Of a DNA stretch of 64,000 bases, positions 56,209-64,000 are shown in pieces (the stretch's first letter is position 1; each line of letters starts with the position of its first letter). Source of the stretch: an uncultured Actinomycetes bacterium (lineage in GTDB: Bacteria > Actinomycetota > Thermoleophilia > UBA2241); assembly GCA_963709345.1 (NCBI GenBank), contig CAVPVX010000002.1, positions 64,001 to 128,000 on the forward strand, read 5' to 3'. Position numbers and translations under genes: made by a program. The notes under the pieces are model-generated. The model made no database searches. It had not been told where the DNA came from and saw only the letters and a program-made list of their open reading frames with translations.

Positions 56209-57243
56209 TCAGCTTTCGTCGAACAGGGTGCCCGACTGCGCCGGCGGCGTGAGACCGCAGTGCTGGAATCCGCTGCGCGTCAGCACGCGCCCGCGCGGAG
56301 TGCGCTTGAGAAACCCCTGCATGATCAGATAGGGCTCGTACACGTCCATGACCGTGTCGGCCTCCTCACCCAGCGCCACCGCAAGCGTGTCGAGGCCGAC
56401 GGGCCCGCCGTCGAACTTCTGCGCGATGGCACAGAGGATGTCGCGGTCCAGCTTGTCCAGCCCTTCAGCGTCCACCTGGAAGAGCTCCAGAGCGTCCAGG
56501 CAGATGGGGCAGTCTATGATCCCTTGGTGGCGGACCTCGGCGAAATCACGGACGCGCCGCAACAGCCGGTTGGCGACGCGCGGCGTGCCGCGAGAGCGGC
56601 CGGCGATCTCGAGCGCCGAGTCGTCGTCGATCGTCACACCGAGGATCCCGGCGGACCGCCGCACGATCGCCGCCAGCTCCTCGATCTCGTAGTACTCGAG
56701 CCGCTGCCAGACGCCGAAGCGGTCGCGCAGCGGCGTCGTGAGCAGGCCGGTGCGCGTGGTCGCGCCGATCAGCGTGAACGGCTGCACCTGCATGCGGATG
56801 CTGCGCGCCGCAGGGCCCTCGCCGATCATGATGTCGATCTCGTAGTCCTCCATCGCAGGATAGAGGACCTCTTCGACCGCCGCGTTCAGACGGTGGATCT
56901 CGTCGACGAAGAGGACGTCGCCCTCCTGGAGGTTGGTGAGCAGCCCGGCGACGTCGACCTTGCGCTCGAGAGCCGGTCCCGACGTCGTATGCATCCCAAC
57001 GCCCAGCTCGTGCGAGATGATGCCGGCCAGCGTGGTCTTGCCGAGGCCGGGAGGCCCTGCGATGAGCACGTGGTCGAGCGTGTCGCCCCGGTTGCGCGCC
57101 GCCTGGACGAAGATCTCGAGCTGCTCCTTGGCCGCGCGCTGACCGACGAAGTCGGTGAAGCGGCGCGGCCGCAGACTCAGCTCCAGGTCGCGGTCGTCGT
57201 CGCGCTCGTTGGGGTCGCCGATACGATCGACCGGCGGGCTCAT
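56209..57243 (-). CDS. ruvB: Holliday junction helicase RuvB
   Basis: LRP...[29 protein letters not shown]. Confidence 0.97.
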   Translation of the reverse strand: MSPPVDRIGDPNERDDDRDLELSLRPRRFTDFVGQRAAKEQLEIFVQAARNRGDTLDHVLIAGPPGLGKTTLAGIISHELGVGMHTTSGPALERKVDVAGLLTNLQEGDVLFVDEIHRLNAAVEEVLYPAMEDYEIDIMIGEGPAARSIRMQVQPFTLIGATTRTGLLTTPLRDRFGVWQRLEYYEIEELAAIVRRSAGILGVTIDDDSALEIAGRSRGTPRVANRLLRRVRDFAEVRHQGIIDCPICLDALELFQVDAEGLDKLDRDILCAIAQKFDGGPVGLDTLAVALGEEADTVMDVYEPYLIMQGFLKRTPRGRVLTRSGFQHCGLTPPAQSGTLFDES

Positions 57244-57845
57244 CCGGCGTTCCGGTCACGCGTGAGCGCGAACTTCACGAGATCCTCGAGCGGTACGCCC
57301 TCGGGAGCGCCGCGCAGAGACTCCTCCGCCTCGCGCAAGCTCAGCCCCAGATTCTGCAGCGCCGACCGCGCCGCGATGAACGAGTCGGTGGGCGCGGGGT
57401 CGCCGGCGCCCACGGCTTCGCCGGAGCTCACCGGCGGCAGCTCGCCCACCTTGTCTTTGAGCTCGACGACCAAACGCTGGGCGAGCTTCTTGCCGATGCC
57501 CGGGATGCTCTCGAACTTCTTCACGTCGTCGCGCGCGACGGCCAGCTCCAGCTCCTCCACCGGGTACCCGGACAGCACCGCCAGGGCCACCTTGGGTCCC
57601 ACCCCGCTGACGGCGATCAGCCAGAGGAAGAAAGCGCGCTCGCGCACGCTGCGAAAGCCGAAGAGCTGCAGGGCGTCCTCACGCACGTGAAGGTGCGTGT
57701 GCAGCGTGACCTCGTCACCGAGCTGTGCGCTCAGACTGCCGAGTGTGCGCCCCGACGCCAGCACCTCGAGACCGAGGCCGCCGAGCTCCACGACCGCATG
57801 ATGGCGGTCGACCAACTGCAGCGTACCGCGCACGACGGCGATCAC
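57240..57845 (-). CDS. ruvA: Holliday junction helicase subunit RuvA
   Basis: HVRED..LFGF, VSGVGPK.A, IPGIGKK.A.R...ELK. Confidence 0.95.
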   Translation of the reverse strand: MIAVVRGTLQLVDRHHAVVELGGLGLEVLASGRTLGSLSAQLGDEVTLHTHLHVREDALQLFGFRSVRERAFFLWLIAVSGVGPKVALAVLSGYPVEELELAVARDDVKKFESIPGIGKKLAQRLVVELKDKVGELPPVSSGEAVGAGDPAPTDSFIAARSALQNLGLSLREAEESLRGAPEGVPLEDLVKFALTRDRNAG

Positions 57846-58408
57846 CTGCGGCCTCCCGAAGGCCGGCGCATCGCGTCCTGAAAGGCACGGCCGTTGTGGT
57901 GCGTGTGCGTGATCGCCACGGCGAGCGCGTCGGCCGCGTGGTCTGGCTGCGGAATGTGGGAGAGCCCCAGAATGACCTTGGTCATCTCCTGCACCTGGAT
58001 CTTGCTCGCGCGGCCGTACCCCGTGACCGCCTGCTTGATCTGCAGGGGCGAATACTCGCGCGGGGCGGTCTCGAGCTCCGAGGCAGCCAGGTACAGGACG
58101 CCCTTCGCCTGCCCGACCGCCAGGGCCGTCTTGACGTTCACGTTGACGAAGAGCTCCTCGAGTACGACGATATCGGGTTCGAAGCGACGGATGAGCCCGC
58201 GCGCCTGATCGTGGATCTGCCGCAGGCGGACGTGCGTTTCGTCCTTGGCTGAGGTGACGATGCAGCCGTGGCCCAGCGAGCGGAGCTTGTTGCCGTCCTG
58301 CTCGATCACGCCCCAGCCGGTACTCGCCGTTCCTGGGTCGAAGCCCAGCACGACCATCTTGCCCCCCGGCCGCTGCGGGTGCGCGGCCGCCCCCCCGGGC
58401 TTCGTCAA
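57842..58408 (-). CDS. ruvC: Crossover junction endodeoxyribonuclease RuvC (start uncertain)
   Basis: LGFDPG...GWG, EELF, K..VTGYGRA.K, DHAADALA.A. Confidence 0.95.
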   Translation of the reverse strand: MTKPGGAAAHPQRPGGKMVVLGFDPGTASTGWGVIEQDGNKLRSLGHGCIVTSAKDETHVRLRQIHDQARGLIRRFEPDIVVLEELFVNVNVKTALAVGQAKGVLYLAASELETAPREYSPLQIKQAVTGYGRASKIQVQEMTKVILGLSHIPQPDHAADALAVAITHTHHNGRAFQDAMRRPSGGRR

Positions 58409-58411
58409 CGG

Positions 58412-59161
58412 TCAGCCCGCCAGGGCCTCGAGGACGTCCTCGGGGATGTCGAAGTTGGCGAAGACCTCCTGGACGTCGTCGCTGTCTTCGAGCGCGTCGA
58501 CGATCTTCATGGTCTTTCGGGCATCGTTCTCCACGAGTTCGACCGTGTTCTTCGGGATCATCGTGAGCTCGGCCTGCACGAACTCGATGCCGGCGGCTAC
58601 GACGGCGTCGCGCACCGCCGCGAACTCGGCCGGCTCGGTGAGCACCTGGAACTCGTCGCCGTCCTGCGCCACGTCGTCGGCGCCGGCGTCGATGGCCGCC
58701 GCCATGATGTCGTCCTCGTCGAATCTGGTGCCGTCGATGACAATGGAACCCTTGCGCTCAAAGACCCACGCCACTGCGCCGGGCTGCGCCAGTTGACCGC
58801 CGTGTTTGCTGAAGATATTGCGGATGTCGGCAGCCGACCGGTTCTTGTTGTCGGTGAGCACGTCGACGATGATCGCGACTCCGGCGGGCCCGTAGCCTTC
58901 GTACATGATGCTCTCGTACGCGGCGCCGTCGGTGCCGCCACCGCCGCGCTGGATCGCGCGCTCGATGTTGTCTTTGGGCATCGACTCGGCCTTCGCCTTC
59001 TCGACTGCGTTGGCCAGTGCGATGTTCATGCTGGGGTCGGTGCCGCCCTCACGTGCGGCCACGGTGATGGCGCGCGAGAGCTTTGAGAACAGCTTGCCCC
59101 GTTTGGCGTCGGTCTTGCCCTTCTTGTGCTTGATCGTCGCCCACTTGGAGTGTCCGGACAC
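58412..59161 (-). CDS. yebC: YebC/PmpR family protein
   Basis: SGHSKWATIKHKK, YEGYGP.G, TDNKNR, DDVQ.V; GGAGG RBS. Confidence 0.95.
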   Translation of the reverse strand: MSGHSKWATIKHKKGKTDAKRGKLFSKLSRAITVAAREGGTDPSMNIALANAVEKAKAESMPKDNIERAIQRGGGGTDGAAYESIMYEGYGPAGVAIIVDVLTDNKNRSAADIRNIFSKHGGQLAQPGAVAWVFERKGSIVIDGTRFDEDDIMAAAIDAGADDVAQDGDEFQVLTEPAEFAAVRDAVVAAGIEFVQAELTMIPKNTVELVENDARKTMKIVDALEDSDDVQEVFANFDIPEDVLEALAG

Positions 59162-59180
59162 GAGGACACCACCTCCCTTC

Positions 59181-59927
59181 TTAGCGGTGGCCGGCGGCCG
59201 CTGCGGCGGCGCGGCCCGGCTCGCCGGAGGCTTGCGGCTCGGCCGCGCCCCGAGGCGCGGCCGCCGCAACCGCCCGGCGGCGGATCATCGTGATGAACAG
59301 CCCATGCATGCGGGCATCGTCGGTGAGCTCGGGGTGGAACGCCGTCACGAGTACGGCTCCCTGCCGAGCGGCGACGATGCGGCCGCGGTACGTGGCCAGC
59401 ACCTCCACGGACGGCGCCGCATTCTCGATCCACGGCGCGCGGATGAACACGGCCCGCACCGGCGCGCCGCCGATGCCTGCAACCGCAAGATCGGCTTCGA
59501 AACTGCGCACCTGACGGCCGAACGCGTTGCGACGGGCGACGATGTCCATGAGACCGAGCGTCGGCGGCGTGCCCTCGACCGTCTCTCGCGCGACCGTGAT
59601 GAGGCCCGCGCAAGTGCCGAAAATCGCGCCTCCCCCCGCGGCGAACTCCCGGATGGGGCCGGCCAAGCCGTACGTCGCCATGAGCTTGCTGATCGTCGTG
59701 CTCTCGCCGCCGGGGATGACCAGCCCGTCGAGACCGGCCAGGTCGGAGACCCTGCGGACCTCACGCGTCTGCACGCCAAGACCTTCGAGCATGGTCCGGT
59801 GCTCGCGAAAGTCGCCCTGCAGAGCGAGCACGCCCACGACCACGCCGACGCCCGGACCACGAGGGTCGAGCGCCGGCTCCGGTGACAGGATCCAGTCCAG
59901 TCGCTGCGTACGGCCGAAGGCGGTCAC
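59181..59927 (-). CDS. pdxT: PLP synthase glutaminase subunit (start uncertain)
   Basis: [40 protein letters not shown]. Confidence 0.95.
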   Translation of the reverse strand: MTAFGRTQRLDWILSPEPALDPRGPGVGVVVGVLALQGDFREHRTMLEGLGVQTREVRRVSDLAGLDGLVIPGGESTTISKLMATYGLAGPIREFAAGGGAIFGTCAGLITVARETVEGTPPTLGLMDIVARRNAFGRQVRSFEADLAVAGIGGAPVRAVFIRAPWIENAAPSVEVLATYRGRIVAARQGAVLVTAFHPELTDDARMHGLFITMIRRRAVAAAAPRGAAEPQASGEPGRAAAAAAGHR

Positions 59928-59940
59928 GGTGCCCCCGGTC

Positions 59941-60825
59941 TCACCAGCCGCGGTGCTGGATCTTGGCTTCTTCGGGCATGCCCGCCGCGTCGATGCCGGG
60001 CATCGCCTCGCCGAGACCGACGCTGACCTCGGCGAGCACGGCGGCGTCGCGGTAGTTGGTCGCCGCCTTGACGATGGCGTTGGCGCGGCCTTGGGGGTCC
60101 TCGCTCTTGAAGATGCCGCTGCCGACGAACACACCCTCGGCGCCCAGTTGCATCATGAGCGCGGCGTCGGCCGGGGTGGCGATGCCGCCGGCGGAGAAGT
60201 TGACCACCGGGAGCTTACCGTTCACGGCGACCCATTTGACGAGGTCGTAGGGGGCCGGCAGCTCCTTGGCGGCCACGAAGAGTTCGTCAGGGTCGAGCGT
60301 CTGCAGATGGCGGATCTGGCCCATGATCGTGCGCATGTGGCGCACCGCCTCGACGACGTCGCCGGTGCCGGCCTCGCCCTTGGTGCGGATCATCGCGGCG
60401 CCCTCGCCGATGCGCCGGAGCGCCTCGCCGAGGTTGACGGCGCCGCAGACGAAGGGCACGTCGAACTTCCACTTGTTGATGTGGTTGGCTTCGTCGGCCG
60501 GCGTGAGCACCTCGCTCTCGTCGATGTAGTCGACCTCGAGCGACTCGAGGATCTGCGCCTCGACGAAGTGGCCGATGCGCGCCTTGGCCATGACGGGTAC
60601 CGAGACGCAGGCCTGGATCTCCTGGATCTTGGTGGGATCGGCCATGCGGGCGACGCCGCCCTGGGCGCGGATGTCCGAGGGGACACGTTCAAGAGCCATG
60701 ACGGCGCAGGCGCCGGCATCCTCGGCGATCTTCGCCTGCTCGGCGTTGGTGACGTCCATGATGACGCCGCCCTTGAGCATCTCGGCGAGGCCGCTCTTCA
60801 CGCGCATGGTGCCGATATCAGTCAC
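59941..60825 (-). CDS. pdxS: PLP synthase lyase subunit
   Basis: [42 protein letters not shown]. Confidence 0.97.
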   Translation of the reverse strand: MTDIGTMRVKSGLAEMLKGGVIMDVTNAEQAKIAEDAGACAVMALERVPSDIRAQGGVARMADPTKIQEIQACVSVPVMAKARIGHFVEAQILESLEVDYIDESEVLTPADEANHINKWKFDVPFVCGAVNLGEALRRIGEGAAMIRTKGEAGTGDVVEAVRHMRTIMGQIRHLQTLDPDELFVAAKELPAPYDLVKWVAVNGKLPVVNFSAGGIATPADAALMMQLGAEGVFVGSGIFKSEDPQGRANAIVKAATNYRDAAVLAEVSVGLGEAMPGIDAAGMPEEAKIQHRGW

Positions 60826-60939
60826 GGGGACCTCCGTTGGGTTGCTGCACTGATTCTATCGCAGCGCCCAGACATCACGCCACCGGTGGGAGCAGCCCAG
60901 AATGCCCACCTTTGCGGGGAAAACCGTACCGAATTGGCG

Positions 60940-63012
60940 TCAGCCCTTGTGCGCTTCTTCTTTGTCCTTGGCGGCTTGGTCGACGATCTTCTGGGTCAGG
61001 TGAGCCGGGACTTCCTCGTAGCGGAGCATCTCCATGTGGTAGTCACCACGGCCGCCCGTCATCGACGTGAGGTCGGGTGCGTACGTCAGCATCTCGGCCA
61101 GCGGTACCTCGGCGCCGATCACGTTGCTGTGCCCGCGCGGCGTGGTGCCGAGCACCCGGCCGCGCCGCGAGTTGAGGTCGCCGATGATATCGCCGACGTT
61201 GTCGTCGGGCACGGTGATCTCGACGCTCATGATCGGCTCCAGCAGTACAGGTTGGGCCTTCTCGGCCGCGGCTTTGAAGCCGATGGAGCCGGCGATCTGA
61301 AACGCCATGTCGCTCGAGTCGACCGGGTGGTACTTGCCGTCGTAGAGCTTGACGTGGACGTCGACGACCGGATAGCCGGCGAGAAAGCCCTCGGCCATGG
61401 CTGCGCGCACGCCCTTCTCCACGGCGGGGATGTAGTTGCGCGGGATCGCGCCGCCGACGACCTTGTTCTCGAACTCGAACCCGTCGCCACGTGGCTGCGG
61501 GCGGACCTCCATCCAGGTGTCGGCAAACTGGCCGCGCCCCCCCGTCTGCTTCTTGTGCTTGCCCTCGGCCTTCGCCGTGCCCTTGACTGTCTCGCGATAC
61601 GGCACGCGCGGTGGCTTGAGCTCCACCTCGACACCGAAGCGGCGCCGCATGCGTTCGACAGTGACCTCGACATGGACCTGGCTCATGCCGCCGACGATCA
61701 TTTCGCCGGTCTGGTCGTCATGGTGCACCTCGAGCATGGGATCTTCTTCGCTGAGGCGCCGGAGGGCGGTGATGACCTTGTCTTCCTCACCCTTGCTCTT
61801 GGCAGTGATGGCGAAGCTCATGAGCGGCGTCGGGAAGGCGATGGGCGGGAAGCTCACGATCTCGGACTCAGCGCACAGCGTGTCGCCGGTGACGACCTCT
61901 TTGAGCTTGGCGATCGCGCCAATGTCGCCGGCGACCAGCGCCTCCGAGGGCTTGCTCTCCTTGCCCATCGTCTTCAGCAGCTGGCCGAGACGCTCCTTGT
62001 GGCCGTCACGCGCGATGACGACCTGGGAATCGCTGCTCACTGTGCCCTGGAAGACGCGGAACACGTTGACGTGGCCGCTGAAGGGGTCGGCGAGCGTCTT
62101 GAAGACGAAGGCGACCGCGGGCTTCGCGGGATCGCACCCGAGGGGTACCGCTTCCCCGTCACGGAAGGCGACGGGCAACGGGACGTCGGCGGGCGACGGC
62201 GCCAGAGCGAGCACGTCGAAGAGGTGATCGACGGCGACGTTCGCGGTCGCTGAGGCGCAGGCCACCGGGAAGAGCTGGGCGCCGGCGACGGCGCCGGCGA
62301 ACGCCGCATCGAGCTCGGCCTCGGTGATCTCCTCGTCCATGAGGTACTTCTCGGCGAGGTCGTCGTCTGTGCTCGCCACCGCGTCGACAAGCTTGTCGCG
62401 GGCCGCGGCGGCCGCGTCGGCAAGCGCGGCGGGAATGTCGCCCACGCTGGGTTTGCCGCCGACGTAGGTGTAGGCCTTCATCGAGAGCAGGTCGACCACA
62501 CCGCTGAAGTCGTGCTCCTTGCCGATCGGCAACTGCACGGCGACGACCTGCGCCCCAAACGACTCCTGCAAGAGCGAGACGGCGTGCTCGAAGTCGGCGC
62601 GTTCACGGTCGAGCATGTTGCAGACGATGACGCGACCGAGGCCGCGAGTGGCCGCGCGGTCCCACATGCGCTCGGTCTGGACCTCGACGCCGAGGACTGT
62701 GTTGATCACGACGAGAGCGGTCTCCACGACCTGCAGCGAGGCGATTGCGTCGGCGACGAAGCTCGAGTCGCCGGGCGTGTCGATGAGGTTGAACGAGAGC
62801 CCCCCGCGGTCGACGTGCGCCAGACCGGCCGAGAGGCTCATCTGGCGCTTCTTCTCGTCATCGCCCCAGTCGGAGACGGTCGTGCCATCGGAGACGTTGC
62901 CCAGACGAGTGACCCCACCGGCGTCGAAGAGCAGCGCCTCGAACAACGACGTCTTGCCGGTACCGCGGTGGCCGACGAGAGCGATGTTCCTGATCTTGGC
63001 TGGGTCGTTCAT
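60940..63012 (-). CDS. Elongation factor G-like paralog (EF-G2 type)
   Basis: IRNIALVGH..TGKT, DTPG, five-domain EF-G layout, KKQTGGRGQF, YHPVDSS; not in a str operon. Confidence 0.9.
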   Translation of the reverse strand: MNDPAKIRNIALVGHRGTGKTSLFEALLFDAGGVTRLGNVSDGTTVSDWGDDEKKRQMSLSAGLAHVDRGGLSFNLIDTPGDSSFVADAIASLQVVETALVVINTVLGVEVQTERMWDRAATRGLGRVIVCNMLDRERADFEHAVSLLQESFGAQVVAVQLPIGKEHDFSGVVDLLSMKAYTYVGGKPSVGDIPAALADAAAAARDKLVDAVASTDDDLAEKYLMDEEITEAELDAAFAGAVAGAQLFPVACASATANVAVDHLFDVLALAPSPADVPLPVAFRDGEAVPLGCDPAKPAVAFVFKTLADPFSGHVNVFRVFQGTVSSDSQVVIARDGHKERLGQLLKTMGKESKPSEALVAGDIGAIAKLKEVVTGDTLCAESEIVSFPPIAFPTPLMSFAITAKSKGEEDKVITALRRLSEEDPMLEVHHDDQTGEMIVGGMSQVHVEVTVERMRRRFGVEVELKPPRVPYRETVKGTAKAEGKHKKQTGGRGQFADTWMEVRPQPRGDGFEFENKVVGGAIPRNYIPAVEKGVRAAMAEGFLAGYPVVDVHVKLYDGKYHPVDSSDMAFQIAGSIGFKAAAEKAQPVLLEPIMSVEITVPDDNVGDIIGDLNSRRGRVLGTTPRGHSNVIGAEVPLAEMLTYAPDLTSMTGGRGDYHMEMLRYEEVPAHLTQKIVDQAAKDKEEAHKG

Positions 63013-63141
63013 CCGGGGTCTCCTCGTGTGTCCTTCGCCGGCACCTCGCGCACGGGCGCGCGAGCGACCGGTCGTGTCCTGTCGGAAGGGTGAAGTCTAG
63101 CACAGGGCCCGGGGATCAGACGCGCCTCCGGCGGCCTCTCG

Positions 63142-64000
63142 TCAGGGCGTCTCACCCGCGGCCGTAACGAGCTCGTCCGGCCCCGGCGCACCGGGATGGA
63201 AGGACCGTGCCGGCGACTCCCGCTCGAGGCACCCGCGCGCAAGAGCGCCGCCGGCGAGCGTGAGCGCTTTGAACCCATACTTCTCGCGCACCTTGTCGAC
63301 AGCCTCGCCGAGCGCGACCTCGCGCCAGCCGTCGTCGAGCGTGAGCTGGAAGGCGTTGTGGGTGAAGCCGCTCATGCTCACGCCGACCAGGCGCACCCAG
63401 CGCGCCCCGACATCGAGCTCGTCGAGCAGCGCCGCGGCCGTCTCGTAGAGAGGTCGCGCGGCGCCGACCGGCAGCGCCAGCGTGCGACGCCGGCTCACCG
63501 TGTGGAACGTGGAGAACCGCACCTTGAGCGTCACGGTGCGTGCCGCCAGCCCCTTGCGCCGCAACTCCGCGACGGCGTGATCGGTGAGCGAGAGCAGCGT
63601 CGCACGCAGAAGACCGGGGTCGTTGACGTCGTTGCCGAAGGTGACTTCGCGGCCGACCGACTTCGGCAGCGGCCGCTCGCTGCGCACCGGCGAGAGACTG
63701 CGCCCCAGTGCGAGCTGGCGCAAGCCGTGAGCGCCGCGGCCGAAGGCCGCGGCGAGCAGCGGGAAGGGCACGTCTTGCAGCATCCCTACCGTGGCCAGGC
63801 CGAGAGCGGCGAGCCGCTCCTGCGTGACCGGCCCGATGCCGCAGACCTCGCCCACCGGCAGGTCGCGCAGGCGACCGTGCACGTCGGCGGCGGTGAGCTC
63901 GCCGATGCCGGCCGGCTTGTACATGCCGGCGGCCAGCTTGGCCAGCACCTTGGTGGATCCGATGCCTATGGAACAGGTGACGCCATGAGCGTCGAACACC
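63142..64000 (-). CDS. dinB: Y-family DNA polymerase IV (3' part; start beyond window)
   Basis: TCSIGI...KVLAKLA...KP.G, GIG, KSVGRE.TF little finger, VRLVGV. Confidence 0.88.
   Translation of the reverse strand, partial: VFDAHGVTCSIGIGSTKVLAKLAAGMYKPAGIGELTAADVHGRLRDLPVGEVCGIGPVTQERLAALGLATVGMLQDVPFPLLAAAFGRGAHGLRQLALGRSLSPVRSERPLPKSVGREVTFGNDVNDPGLLRATLLSLTDHAVAELRRKGLAARTVTLKVRFSTFHTVSRRRTLALPVGAARPLYETAAALLDELDVGARWVRLVGVSMSGFTHNAFQLTLDDGWREVALGEAVDKVREKYGFKALTLAGGALARGCLERESPARSFHPGAPGPDELVTAAGETP

Overview
High-GC housekeeping region, almost entirely encoded on the minus strand with many overlapping stop/start codons. The mix of actinobacterial markers (mIHF-gmk-rpoZ-coaBC) and Firmicutes-like modules (pyrK-pyrD, PyrR attenuator, asp23-fakA-degV-recG, plsY-gpsA, aroH, queH) suggests a deep-branching Actinomycetota such as Thermoleophilia (inference). 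In transcription order: dinB (partial), an EF-G paralog, pdxST, yebC-ruvCAB, queH-queA-tgt-yajC, parA-ftsZ-scpA-scpB-rluB, aroH-hisC-aroF-tyrA-cmk-plsC-ispH-DUF512-der-plsY-gpsA, metK-priA-def-fmt-rsmB-rpe, FMN riboswitch-ribDE(BA)H, rpmB (the only plus-strand gene), DUF1858-asp23-fakA-degV-recG, a tRNA nucleotidyltransferase, a site-2 protease, pgeF-yggS-sepF-proC-divIVA-DUF167, a small Zn-finger ORF, lspA-rluD, PyrR leader-pyrRBC-carAB-pyrKD, mihF-gmk-rpoZ-coaBC and an HD protein (partial). I saw no mobile element, CRISPR array, tRNA or rRNA. The main oddity is an intact FtsZ that sits away from the sepF/divIVA block, overlaps a ParA/Soj ATPase gene, lies upstream of scpAB, and carries an N-terminal peptide resembling ParA-activating peptides. 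Other points: an unannotated 54-aa Cys/His microprotein, a structured and palindromic rpmB-ribH intergenic region, an apparent ATC start for gmk, several leaderless promoters, and 3-4 single-base frameshifts that look like assembly errors.
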